Assembly: GCA_051362555.1 (NCBI GenBank)
Contig: CM120642.1
Span: forward strand, 10,168,001-10,232,000
Origin: Lingula anatina
Lineage: Eukaryota > Animalia > Brachiopoda
Direction: 5' to 3'
Length of the DNA: 64,000 bases
Position numbers and translations under genes: made by a program. Shown here in pieces: positions 1-11,830 of the stretch. The notes under the pieces were generated by a model. That model worked only from the letters and a program-made list of their open reading frames with translations. It did no database searches and had not been told where the DNA came from. The stretch's first letter is position 1, and each line of letters starts with the position of its first letter.

Positions 1-60
1 CTGTTGCCTCAATCTAAGTATTTAAAAGTCGTTTAAATTGTGCAGTTAAATGTTCATTTA

Positions 61-2268
61 TGTCTCCTCCATCTCAGTGTAACACACACTTTTATAGTCT
101 CATTCATAGCAAGAAAGAAGGTAACAAGGAATATTGTTTGTTCGTGATTTGGCCAAACCAGGCCGCTTTTATTATATAACCCCTCTATCCTTATCGTTTT
201 AACAATAATAACAATGTAGCAAATTGTTGCCTGTATTTAATGTTATGGCCTTAGGGATAAAAATTATATATCAAATATTCAATGAGACTCATCATCCTAA
301 AAATTATGATGCGACGAGTCAGCAAAAGTTATTATTTACCAACAATTTTGTACAAATTTCATTTGTGGGGTTGCAAAGAGGCCCCCACTATGTCGAATAT
401 TCAATAACACTAGTTACCCTAAGAAGTGATTCAGTATAAGCTACAGTATAGCATCCAATTCAGCTTGTCTGATTGCAAAGGCGAGGCCGATGCATTGCCT
501 ATTGCAGGATTCTCAATACAAATCTACATAAGTACCGGCATGACAATGCTGTTAGCGGGTGACCTAACCCCTACTCCCTTTTTTTTTTAACAAAGGAAGG
601 GTGGAGGTTCAGTTTTTCCCATATGCTGAAAACAGCTGGAAGAGTGAACTCTCTGTAATTGCCATGCCATCCTAGCTTGCACCTTACTAGTTGATTAGTA
701 TTATAGTTAACAGTTTTAAGTGGTTATCTGTGGAAGAGCAATTTTTATTCCATTTTATAGTTATCAATGACTAGAATAAAACGTGAACAAAGAAGCAGAG
801 TCGGGGATAACCTACATACGTATGTTCTAATACAATCGATCCCCTTATATTCCTGATTTCAACAAATGTAGAGATGGAACCGCAAAGCTTACTGGGCCGT
901 ATTATGAGAAAAGCATGACTGGGTCTTAAAATAGAGTCAAAATTCTCATACAACATGAAAACAGCAGGTACACAAGTTGGATTTTTGCAACACTCATGTC
1001 ACAACACATTGAAATGACTAATAATCGTGTAAGCAAAAACCGAGAATGGAGCCTGTTTCACCCCTAAAACGGTGTATGTCAGATTCATATACAGCTGTTC
1101 CAATGACCTCTGCAGTATGCACAGATCAAAAATGGACCCGCAAGGCTTGCTGGGCCACCGTTCGATATATTTAAAAAGTAATCGAAAAATGAACCCACTA
1201 AAATTTTCATGTGACAATGTCACATACTCTTATAAAGGTGACACAATATCATCTGAACTCAGGATAATGTCATATGGAACGAAGAGACTTGATATGTGGC
1301 TGGTGGTGGGCATTGTAAGAAGTCTACGGCTACAAGTGAAAAATCAAAACTCTTAACACCATATGTCGATAATAATGTTTGATCAACCCGCAAGACTTGC
1401 TGGGCTGATGACTGTCCAGTACAGAGGTAGCCTTTAAAGGACCTGTAAAGTCATGCGCAATGACTACCCACATACAATTTCTTCTCCTTTTCCTCTGGAT
1501 TAGGAAGATGGTGTGGATGCTGCAATGCGTGGACCACAGATTGACATAAGCAACAGCCGTCCTTCAGTTGAAGATGCAAAAGTTTAACTTGTTAAAGACA
1601 AGACTCCAACCATTCATTGCTCTAGATGAATACATCCAAAGAATTCACTGTGGCATTACTGGTAGGCGTCTGTACTGGCACATTCGCTGGGCAGTGGTGC
1701 TCTTGACAGGTATACAACACTGAAAAATCAAAGTAAAAACGCACGCAGTATGATGGTCAGATATAATGCAAGCAAAGTTCGGTCAGCAGAGGAGACAAAT
1801 GTGGTATGAAGGAGGAGACGGGGATGGTGGTGGGTGAAATTTTTTGAACTGAAGATTTCAGTTGCAGATTTGAGATAACTTGTAGCTTAATTGTATCATG
1901 CTCGTGAACAGAATGAATCAAGCAAAATGAGGCCAGGCAGTGATGCCCCATGGTATAAGTAGCAACATGTGCCTCTAAGGAGGTTACCCCTCTAGGGCAC
2001 AATTGAGCATGAGCAGAATGCACATGTGCTTAAATAAGCTCTCTGGAGATTGTTGTCGCGATAAAATGTCGTTTGACTAAGCCAAACTTTCCTTTATGTC
2101 TCCTCCATCTCAGTGTACCACACACTTTTATAGTCTCATTCATAGCAAGAAAGAAGGTAACAATTAAGGAATATTGTTTGTTCGTGATTTGGCCAAACCA
2201 GGCCGCTTTTATTATATAACCCCTCTATTGTCGCCATAAAATGTCGTTTGACTACGCCAAACTTTCCT
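61..2268. repeat. Composite insertion in a C1q 3'-flank: duplicated ~175-bp unit interrupted by ~1.9 kb
   Basis: 1-60 and 2269 onward match contiguous sequence at ~56620-56700. 61-188 repeats at 2097-2228, and 2053-2093 repeats at 2229-2268. Diverged ~255-bp repeats inside (ccgcaaggcttgctgggc-like at ~880, 1137, 1387). Confidence 0.65.
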
Positions 2269-3082
2269 TTAAGCTGCCTACATGTACGTGTGATACATGT
2301 AATTTGAACCAATGGAAATTTCTGAAGTATACGTAATATTTTCCTTTTTAAATTTGATACAATATCATAGAAATTAAGGTGTCATATTATGAGATAATCC
2401 TGTCGCTTTAAAATACATTGGGGTAAATTTGCTAACTCGAACTGATGACCTTAACATTTCTAAAGTCTATTTAATCAAAATAATCAGTAATTAGTACAGC
2501 CGGTGCCAGAAAATTTGATTTTGTAAGTACTACTGTAGTAAAGAGGCGATATAATGCGGGCTCATCTCTCGTAAACAAAAATTGTAAGACCAAACGCTGC
2601 GACCAGACTGTAGTTCAAACCCTGGTCGTCAGTTATGCCAATGACCATGATAACATTTTACTTAGTAATAGAAACTCCTTATTTTCTGCCTTACATACAT
2701 TCTTTTGGGTATTAGATAAATCTTCACTGTGCAGTGACTAAATTAATTAACATTTATACATATGTTATCTTACGGGTGACGTCATAATTGCAGTTTTGGA
2801 GTAAGAACTAAAAAATCGGTTCCTCAAATTTCTCTTTTACCTGATCACCCGCGATTACCGTTTTAACGCCGATTTAATGACACCATTTACAGGTCTTATA
2901 AACGGATAACGTGTTTATTAACACTACCGGCAGCTCTTTTAGCACAAACAGTAATATTAACGCCCTGCTAAAGTCTTATCGGTATAGTGATGGTGATATT
3001 ACCCATCTCATCTCGGGGTAGTGTGCACCAATCTCCTTCTATCCCTTGTTCTGAAAGTACCCACGCGCCACGTGGTGAAAAG

Positions 3083-6000
3083 CTAGATAATTAAGTCTCT
3101 CCCACTAAAAAACTTGAAGCCAGTAGTGCAGAGTGCCAAAAACTCACATGGTCTCTTAATGGGCTCTTTAGGACTGAGTTGGATAGTTAAATTGAATGTC
3201 AAGTTAATGATAAGATCGAGGGGGAGAGAGCACCACTTTTCATCCGCTGGACATTCTTCGGACTGCTTGCAGGCATCCTAAAATACAATCCAAATGGTAC
3301 AGGTCATAAAAACGAATTAGCCTTTCCTGATTTCAAGCCTCGGTTCGTGATCGCAAATGACGAATTATTGGTTCAAACTGCGATATCATGGCATGAACGT
3401 AAATTCAGTGGGCGCGAGCACCGCGATACAAATTGCGAATTTTTCGGTACCTGTTCGGTACGTTCCGCATGTACGGGTTGGGGGTTGAGGAAAAGAACCC
3501 TATGTAAATAGCTAGAAACCCGGATGAATGCTGGCTTTTATGTACATGGGGTACATGTGATGCTAGCGACCACTTATTATACATTCACGCCATGACATCG
3601 CGATTTTAGTCTTAATTCGTTCGCGATATCAAGTCCCCGGTTCGAGGTCGCAAACGGCATATACCGTCAACTTTGACAATCCAATGAAATAATGAAGTAG
3701 AATTACAGCTTTCTACATTACTCACTTTAATTTACCATACTTGAAGGCTAACTAGGGGAACATATACAAATGATAACAGATAACAAAATGGAAAAAAATC
3801 GGTACATTAGATAGAATAACAGACTCCCCTTAAAAATTCCGTAGAGGATTCGTCAGGAAATTTCTGTGAGGGTTACCTAACTACCAATGGCATCATGTAC
3901 CAGAATAAAGACAACATTGCAAATATGAACAATATCAACTCTTCAGATGATTCATTCGAATCGTAATTTTCGTCTATATTGCAGGTTTCAACTATATTTT
4001 AAAGTGGCGCAAATGAGTTAAAGAATTATGCATGCTTACGTGAGTCCAAGGTTCCTGGCAGCGTGCTTCTCTGTGATAATCAATTAAAGCAGAAAGGCCC
4101 TGTGGTTCGAACCCCTTCCTCTCTAGTTCGTCTGGAGGTTGAAATGTCAATTATAAGTTGCACAAAAAATGATGTGTAAAATAATCGTTTATATTGCAAT
4201 ATGTACAAAAAGTTAAAAAAATTGTTTCATATATTTGAAGCCCTAATAAATCAATAAGTTAATAGAATTTTATCTAACTATACCAAACATTGCAATTGTA
4301 AATGGCGTCTCTAAATCAGTTGCTTTAAGATCAAAACAGTAGGAAAGCGTATTTAAAATAACAACTTGAGGATCAGAGAGGCGATACTGCCTCCGAATAT
4401 TGTACCACCAGCTGGAGTAAGCGCAATCGTATAGACCCCCCAACACACAAAAAAGGGACACCACCACCAGTCTTGTGCTTGACAAGCTGTAAAAAATGCA
4501 ATCAACAAGAATTCTCAAAATATGCAAAAATACATATATAACTAAAAATGGTACAATCAAAGTTCAGTTCATAGTGAGGTAGGGCAAAGGTCAATTCAAT
4601 GTCACAGTAAATTTCCAGTATATGACTTCCTTTTCAAGTTCAATAGCAACTATGGGCCTATCTCTGCCAGTTTTGGAGATAAAAGGGAACCAAAATTTGC
4701 AAAGTTCAATTCATGATGAAAAGTACGTCAAAGGTCAATTTCAAGGTCACATTTAGATTGCCAGTATATGACTTCCTATTCAAGTACAATAGTAACCATG
4801 GACCTATCTCTGCCAGTTTTGGAGATAAAAGGGAACCAAAATTTGCAAAGTTCAATTCATGATGAAAAGTAGGTCAAAGGTCAATTCAACGTCACATTTA
4901 GATTGCCAGTATATGACTTCCTATTCAACTTCAAGAGTAACTATGGACCTATCTCTGCTAGTTTTGGAGATAAAAGGGAACGAAATTTGCAAAGTTCAGT
5001 TCATGGTTATAAGTAGGTCAACGGTCAATTTTAAGGTCACATTTAGATTGCCAGTATATGACTTCCTATTCAACTTCAATAGTAACTATGGGCCTATCTC
5101 TGCCAGTCTTGAAAATAAAAGCATTAAAAAATTGCAAAGTTCAGTTTATGGTGTAAAGTAGGTCAAAGGTCAATTTCAAGGTCACATTTAGATTGCCAGT
5201 ATATGACTTCCTATTCAAGTTCAATAGTAACTATGGACCTATCTCTGCCAGTTTTGGAGATAAAAGGGAACCAAAATTTGCAAAGTTCAATTCATGATGA
5301 AAAGTGTGTCAAAGGTCAATTTCAAGGTCACATTTAGATTGCCAGTATATGACTTCCTATTCAACTTCAATAGTAACTATGGACCTATCTCTGCCAGTTT
5401 TGGAGATATAAGGGACTAAATGTTATAATTTTGGAGATTCAATAATGTGCCATAAATTTCCTCCAGAAAAAATTAATTAAAATAAAGAAAAGGTCATTTT
5501 GGTCAAAATTCTTGAAATGGGAGGTGCTCTGTAGTTCCAGATGTTCAAATTTGATGAAATAATGTCATTTTTGAACACAAGTTGTCTGCCTCGCCAATCC
5601 TTATGTTTTATTTTTCCGGGGTTCAAAATTTATTATCCATTACCGTACTGCACATTTTGCTTTCACCACCAATATGTACTTTTTGATACAGCGTAACTCG
5701 AAAACCGTATGGAATACAAAAAAAAAAACGGAGACCACTTTCAGTGTTGGGCTTTACATGCTCTACAAAATGCAAAAAAGAATGGGTCTCTAGCATTAAC
5801 GGTTCCCGAATTAGAGACAGTTTTCAGTTTCGGTATCTTATGGCCGCTACTCCCGTGAAAATTCACCGATTGACCCCAACTTCACGGAGATGAAAGATGA
5901 CATGAAGGGTAACACTTTCCAATAATATTATTGGTTAAGTCTGTGTGGTGTCTGAATAACAGCGCAAATAATTTTTTTTTCGTAAAAAAATCGTTTTTTT

Positions 6001-7664
6001 TTTTTTTTGAAAATTTTGGCCTGTTTGGCCTTGAAATAAATGTCAAAGGTCAAATCCAAGGGCATATTTGAAATCTCCACATATGACTTTTAGAAAGCTG
6101 TCTGTAGAAATTTTTCCCATAATTCCTTCCGTAGGGTAGATAATTAGCATTTAATTTTGCCATTTTTGGACAAGGGTGCATTGCAATGAGTGCCACACCT
6201 AAACCCCAATACCGACAAAGCCCAAATTTTACGTGGAACGAGTTGAGATTATAGGTGACCTAAATCCAAGAGATGGGTATGGACGCCCTTACCGTTTAGG
6301 AGGAGAAGCGGTAACGGTAACTTGTAGGCGGAGCCGCAGGAGCCGGCGGAGCCGGCGGAACGATCTGGACGGGACTAAAACCATGTGTACCGCCAGCGCT
6401 AACGCTGGTGGTACAATAATGGATCATAAACAAAAAGCAGGTAAGAATATTATGACACAATTTCACTCTATTTTTGGTAATGGCCTCAATAAAAATAATA
6501 CACGTATGATCAAGATGACTAACCATTTTCATTACACTTTTGAATGCTTGGGATGGTATTCCATGGCAGGCGACAAATCCAACAGTAAATATTTCGACCA
6601 TAAGAGTATCCATGGGGTCCTGCAAAATATGTCACGGACACGGGTCCAGAATTACAAAGACGCGAGGTCTCAGTGTCGGCATTCTCTGGACATATCCCGT
6701 CATCCGTCCCACTCAGTGGTTCGTGCACCCCTCCAGGACCTATGCAGGGGCGCCCTGGGTGCTGTTCCGGGTCATCAAAGAGCACCATGCAATCTGGTGC
6801 CAAATGAATCTGCTCCAAAAGTCCGGCAACGGTCTTCACGTCTTTGAAATCTTCGATTTGTGACTTCTGACAAACAATCTTGGGTTTCCATGCTGTGTGT
6901 GACATCGCTTTGTGACACGTTGCACAGAAAGCGTTTTTGAATGTGACATTTGCCTTTGTTGACGAGACGGGCAATAAAACATTGATATCTGTGGACCAAC
7001 CATTGAATTCGCATTTCTTTCGAACAGCTTCATCACCCCAGTCACTTGGGCATGAAGACACGACCCAATAGAATTTACTGTCATCGTCAGGGATTTCTCT
7101 AGATGCCTGTAACCAACACTTTGTATCATTTCTCTGTATTTCAAAGCCCGTGATTCTGGTGTCGTTGCAAAAGCGGTCATATGGCCAACAGCAATCACCA
7201 AACACGTTACACAAGTCGTCGCAGAAACAAGTTACGAGGACGACATCATTGGTGAAGCTTTCTTTACGGCTTGCAAAGAACGGGGTGTTAACTGTTACGT
7301 TCAACAGCATCAGTTCTCTCTGTGAACGAACATGGTCTAGTTTCGGTGTTGGGTTTAATGAATGTTCTTGAGATTCATGACCAGTGCTCCTTTGGTCTGT
7401 GATTATGAGGTTGCCATTTTCGGTGACCACTGGAGGACCTGTTTGGTGTCTGGTGCTTTCGTGCCTAGGCCGAGTCGTTCTCAACTGCTTGTCGCGACTG
7501 CTGACGTTTTCAGGAGAAAACAAAGTTGTAGACGTGACAGTGGCGGAGTTACTTATTGACCTAGTGTTTCTTTGCTTTGGCACACCGGCTGCATGGCCAT
7601 CATTAAAGCTTTTTGAACTGACCAAAAAATACAAAACCATCGCCAAAAGCATTAAGACCTTCAT
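3083..7664 (-). CDS. Cys-rich SMB-like ectodomain protein, copy A1; C-terminally truncated (~475 aa, no GPI signal), possibly secreted or a pseudogene
   Basis: Exons 7664-6524 (ATG, signal peptide MKVLMLLAMVLYFLVSS, donor G|GTTAGT), 4131-4040 (ccag| DELERKGFEPQGLSALIDYHREARCQEPWTH |gtaag) and 3277-3083 (ttag| DACKQSEECP...). A 4-bp insertion at ~3089-3092 shifts the frame to TAG at 3085-3083. The rest of exon 3 is deleted below ~2960. Confidence 0.7.
4361..6413. mobile_element. Non-autonomous Helentron-like (HINE/DINE-1/pearl-type) element in A1 intron 1
   Basis: Absent from the same site in A3/A4 (taaaataataataatggatc). Subterminal IR attgtaccaccagc (~4399) / gctggtggtacaat (~6403); terminal hairpin taccgccagcg-ctaa-cgctggtggta; 9-bp microsatellite-like ggcggagcc run at ~6327-6360; central tandem array. 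Confidence 0.7.
4555..5420. repeat. Tandem array of ~6 x 145-146 bp inside the Helentron-like element
   Basis: ccagtatatgacttcc recurs at 4615, 4761, 4906, 5051, 5196 and 5342. Confidence 0.92.
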
Positions 7665-7707
7665 GTTTGATTACCCTCTTTTCTCTAATGCTCTGCTATG
7701 GTATTTT

Positions 7708-7848
7708 GTTTATATACACTCTGACGCTTACGTGTTTTTGGAGATGGCTGGTATCGTCGTTTTGTTTAGAGGTTCAGAATTGCCATGTCACGAATATGAA
7801 TGATTTGAACCAATCAGCAAGAGCAATACAAATGGTTTAAACCAATCA
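7708..7848 (-). promoter_or_regulatory. Putative core promoter of A1: TATA box plus two CCAAT boxes
   Basis: TATATAAA on the minus strand ~45-50 bp upstream of the ATG, and CCAATCAG at 7810 and 7842 (32 bp apart). The arrangement is conserved in A1-A4. Confidence 0.6.
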
Positions 7849-8053
7849 GAAACATACCTGTAACACAGTATTACACCGCACACTCATATAATTGTTAAGA
7901 CATCTTTTGGATGTCTGCAATCTTCTAGTATCAAAACTCAAATATTTGGCGATTTTGTTAGTTCTCTTCGAGAGACAGGATGTTAAATCCATATATTTAA
8001 CAGGGAAAGTAAAAGAATTGGAAACGTGACATCACTAGAATAGCGAATTTTAA

Positions 8054-8543
8054 GGATATTCTCACCCTTCGCCCGAAACTCCTTATTTTCTGCCTTACGT
8101 ACATTCTTTTGGCTAATAAATCAATCTTCAGTGTGCAGTGACTAAATGAATTAACATTTATACATATGTCACCTTACGGGTGACGTCATAATTGCGATTT
8201 TGGGGTAAAAACTGAAAAATCGGTTTCTCAGTTTCTCTTTTACCTGATCACCTACGATCTCTGTTTTAACGGCGATTTAATGACACCATTTAGTACCCCA
8301 AAACCCCGATAGCGATTTTTCTTAAAAGTCTTAGTTTATATTTCATCGTCTAAAAAAGCATCGTCTAGATCTTTGAGTTGCCTAAGCTTATACATTGCAA
8401 CGAAAGAATATAAACGCCGATATTTTTTGTTTTTCGAAGGATTTTTCATTGTTTTAAATCAGCACAAAGATAGATTGAATAATTAGAGGCAGAGAATAGA
8501 GTCATTTTCGGTATCTGGATGATAATAAAGGGCTACAATAACC
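8054..8543. mobile_element. Kolobok-like non-autonomous element upstream of A1 (internally deleted)
   Basis: ttaa|GGATATTCTCACCC ... GGGCTACAATAACC|ttaa: TTAA flanks, RR termini and an imperfect 14-bp TIR. Confidence 0.5.
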
Positions 8544-9425
8544 TTAAAACAGCTATTGTTCGATTTCGTGTAGCAAATAAATAATTTGATCGTGGAGGTG
8601 TTCTGACAAGTGCTTTGTGGTTTGCTATCAACATGATGATTGTTCTGGATATAACCTTACTACAACCCGGAGCATCTTATCTGACATTTTCGCTTTTGTC
8701 ACAAACCAAAGACGGACAGATGAGCCTTGGGTTAAATGACCTTCTCTTTCAGAGTCTTTGTTGGTTGTTTTCGTGAAAAAATAAAGAATGAAGTATTTTT
8801 TTTCAGGACCGACATGGGGCCTAACTTAACCTAACCCCAACCCTAACCCTAGATATAACCGTACTACAACCCGGAGCATCTTTTCTGACATTTTCGCTTT
8901 TGTCACAAATCAAAGACGGACAGATGAGCCCTGGGTTAAATGACTCTTTCTTTCCGAGGCATTGCTGGTTGTTTTCGCGAAAAAATTTTGCATGAAGCAT
9001 TCATTTCAGCGCCGACAGGGGAAACTTATTTATTTTCAAGTTTTCAGAATTACCAACTCTGATCGTGGGCGGCGTTTGATTGCTGTTTACCGTTCACTTT
9101 CACAAAATTTTCACGGCTTTCTTCACTACATCCCTGTCATTCTACAAAACCACGGAATCTTGATGACTGGACACGCTACTGGATTGGCGCGGTCAATTAC
9201 GTATGATACTTTATAGTATCATACTTGACAGTGCCGTATGTACTATATATTGCAATCATACTTAACCAACAAAACATGTTATCCTAACATTTTACATATC
9301 AGTGGTTTCTGTACATGCGTCGACCTGATGTCCCATTATTGGATCAGCTCCATTGAGTTTCCTAATATACTGGTATCAATCAGATTGGTATACAGTATAT
9401 ATGCTTTCAATCATAGCAATCACAT

Positions 9426-9426
<1 letters not shown>

Positions 9427-9471
<45 letters not shown>
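9427..9471. repeat. (TA)n(GT)n microsatellite
   Basis: Direct read. Confidence 0.9.
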
Positions 9472-9472
<1 letters not shown>

Positions 9473-10629
9473 CTTATTCATACTTTCTACACCAGACTGA
9501 GCTGGTGAAAATGTACAGAGATAAATAGTAACGGTAATAATACAAAAAAAAAAAAAGAAAGAAAATGTAATATACAGACCCGCCGGAAAGTCCCCTTACT
9601 TAATTACTCTGCGGGTCGCTGCGGGTTGTTCATACGGCCTGGCGCTGTAACCATGGAAATAACATTGTCTTCCATGCGGTGTTTGGTTTCTTTTAACAAT
9701 AGTACCATGCCCTGCCCCGTCGGGTAATTATCGTGTCTTACTTTCTGCTAACAAATTTCATAATCGTAAATTAGGTGTAATGCCGAGTCAATTGCTCACA
9801 GCATGAATCGTACGCTAGCATGACTAAAATATAGAAATTAATTATGCACAGGACTGTTTTTTTACTATTTAAAATGAACTTTAATATTTACAGTAATTGT
9901 GTACAGTGATTATTTTAGGCAACTACATGTAGATGTGTTTTGGCCAGTCTGCTGGTTTTCCAGGTTTTCTTTTTCACAATTTTCTCTTAACGAAAGAACA
10001 AAAGGACGCAAAGATGTTTTCGTGGAGCAAAGCACGTCACTTCAGTGATCTTCAAATGATTGACTATATTGTTTGTTGTGTTGGGGGTGGCCGGGTCATG
10101 CCCTAATATTAGATTCTACTTTACCATAATAGCACGATTCAGAGCTGGGCCTCCGAGAACGTGTTCTGACAGCGCCCCTTGCAGAGTTGAGAGCGGCTTT
10201 TAGAGTGTGTTAGGTTTCTCGCCTTTATTATGAGGAAAGATCGTCTCTGATAGGAAGGTAGGTGTCTCGCCTACAGAGTATGAGATTTATAGATACCGAT
10301 CTACATAGGGTGCCCTGAAAAGGGCATTTCGTGATTGGCACGATAGAGGCATCTCGCCTGTCGAGGGAAGGGGGGAGGGTGGACTGGTTACAGAAAACGC
10401 TTTTCGGTCAACAAGTGACCTTCATCAGCTTCACAGTCCGAGATAAAAAAAAGAAAAATTCGTCTTTTTTCATCAATGGTGTCTCGCCATTGTGAATGAT
10501 ACGAGCCATCTCGGCTTTATAGTATCATGCTTGATCACAAGTGTCTCGCTTGTGTCAAGTAGGATGGATATCCAGAAACACAGTTCAGTCTAAGAGGCTG
10601 TATCTTGTTAAGGAGTTCTTCCCCACAAC

Positions 10630-11570
10630 AAAAGGGATACGAGCTGGACGGTATGAATTGAGCGTGTGAAAGTAGGTCAAGGTCAAGGTCGCTAATGGCC
10701 AAACCGGCTCAAAACAGGTTTGTTTCCGAGATCTCAAAAACCGAAAGGCCCAGAGCCCTGATATTATTGGCAAATGATGTCTTATATATTTATCTAAGGT
10801 TAGCCGAACTTTCGTTGCGACTGCCTAATAACTTTTTTTAATATAGATTTTTAAATATTTATGACATTGCAGAAATCTTGAGTTTGGCAGTTTCCCCATG
10901 AAACACTGGTTTTTGGTCATAGCATGCTATAGTAAACTACCCCAAACATATACCCAAAACCCCCAAATCAAATGTCAAATTTGACCTTGACCCTCATTTT
11001 CAAGGTCATTCGGCTATTTAATGGAAAAATATTGACGTGGGCTAAAAGTGATATTTTTTTGACCCCCTCCCCCCCAATTTGCACATGCTCTTTCAGAATA
11101 TGGGATCAAATTTAACCCATGACCTTCACATGACCTTGTAAGAGCATTTCCACGCCTATTTTGCAAGGGAATCCTCCGCCACTGGCTTCAGCCAGTTGCA
11201 GTCTAGTTATTATTATTATTATAGTTATTATTCTTTTCGCAAAAAATCTGAAATAATTTACATAGGTAGCCTATGGTACGAATATACCATAGGCCCAGTT
11301 TCAGTGACCTTGACCTTCTTTCCAAGGTCACAGGGGCTTTTAAAGGCAAAAATTGTAAAATTTGAAATTGCCATTAGGCTTAAAGTAGAAGACATACGGC
11401 TAAAGGCCCTATGGCCAATGATACTGAGCCAAATCCACAGATAATGACCTACTTTAATGCAAGTAGGTCAAGGTTACTAATGGCTAAACGGGCTTTCAGA
11501 ATATGGGGTCAAATTTAACCCATGACCTTCACATGACCGTGCAAGAGCATTTCCACACCTATTTTGCAAT
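10630..11570. mobile_element. Fragments of Helentron/pearl-like repeats (tgacct/aaggtca-rich)
   Basis: Repeated tgaccttgacc/aaggtca motifs, hairpin actggc-ttca-gccagt next to an (att)n run at ~11180-11230, and a direct repeat 11092-11167 / 11494-11568. Boundaries are uncertain. Confidence 0.4.
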
Positions 11571-11830
11571 AGTATTCCCCTATGGGAAATCCTAATTAAA
11601 GCTTTGAACTGCGTAGGTTTGTACATTCCGACGAGAATGATAAATGCTGATATTTTATATTTTCGAGTTTCTTTATAAGTACAAAGATAGATGCATTATT
11701 GATTAATAAGACAGAGGAAACCTCATTTTCGGTATCTGGATAAAAAAAATGGTTACTATATCCTTAATGAATGCACCAGTGCTGGCATAAACTGAATTGA
11801 ATCGAAAAATACATAAAGATATCTGTACAT

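Noticed and set aside
4555-5420. Regular repeats resembling a CRISPR array
   Set aside because: The whole 146-bp monomer repeats, with no unique spacers and no cas genes; the context is eukaryotic.
6233-7803. Overlapping alternative-frame and antisense ORFs over A exon 1 (also at 13.6-15.0, 30.7-31.9 and 46.4-47.7 kb)
   Set aside because: These are shadows of the real CDS; their starts and lengths vary among copies and they show no motifs.
8819-8852. Interstitial telomere
   Set aside because: Only ~30 bp of degenerate cctaacc units inside a local repeat.
10077-10582. Possible solo LTR (TGTGTT...AACACA)
   Set aside because: It marks a break in homology with other copies, but I could not find a TSD or a matching right flank.
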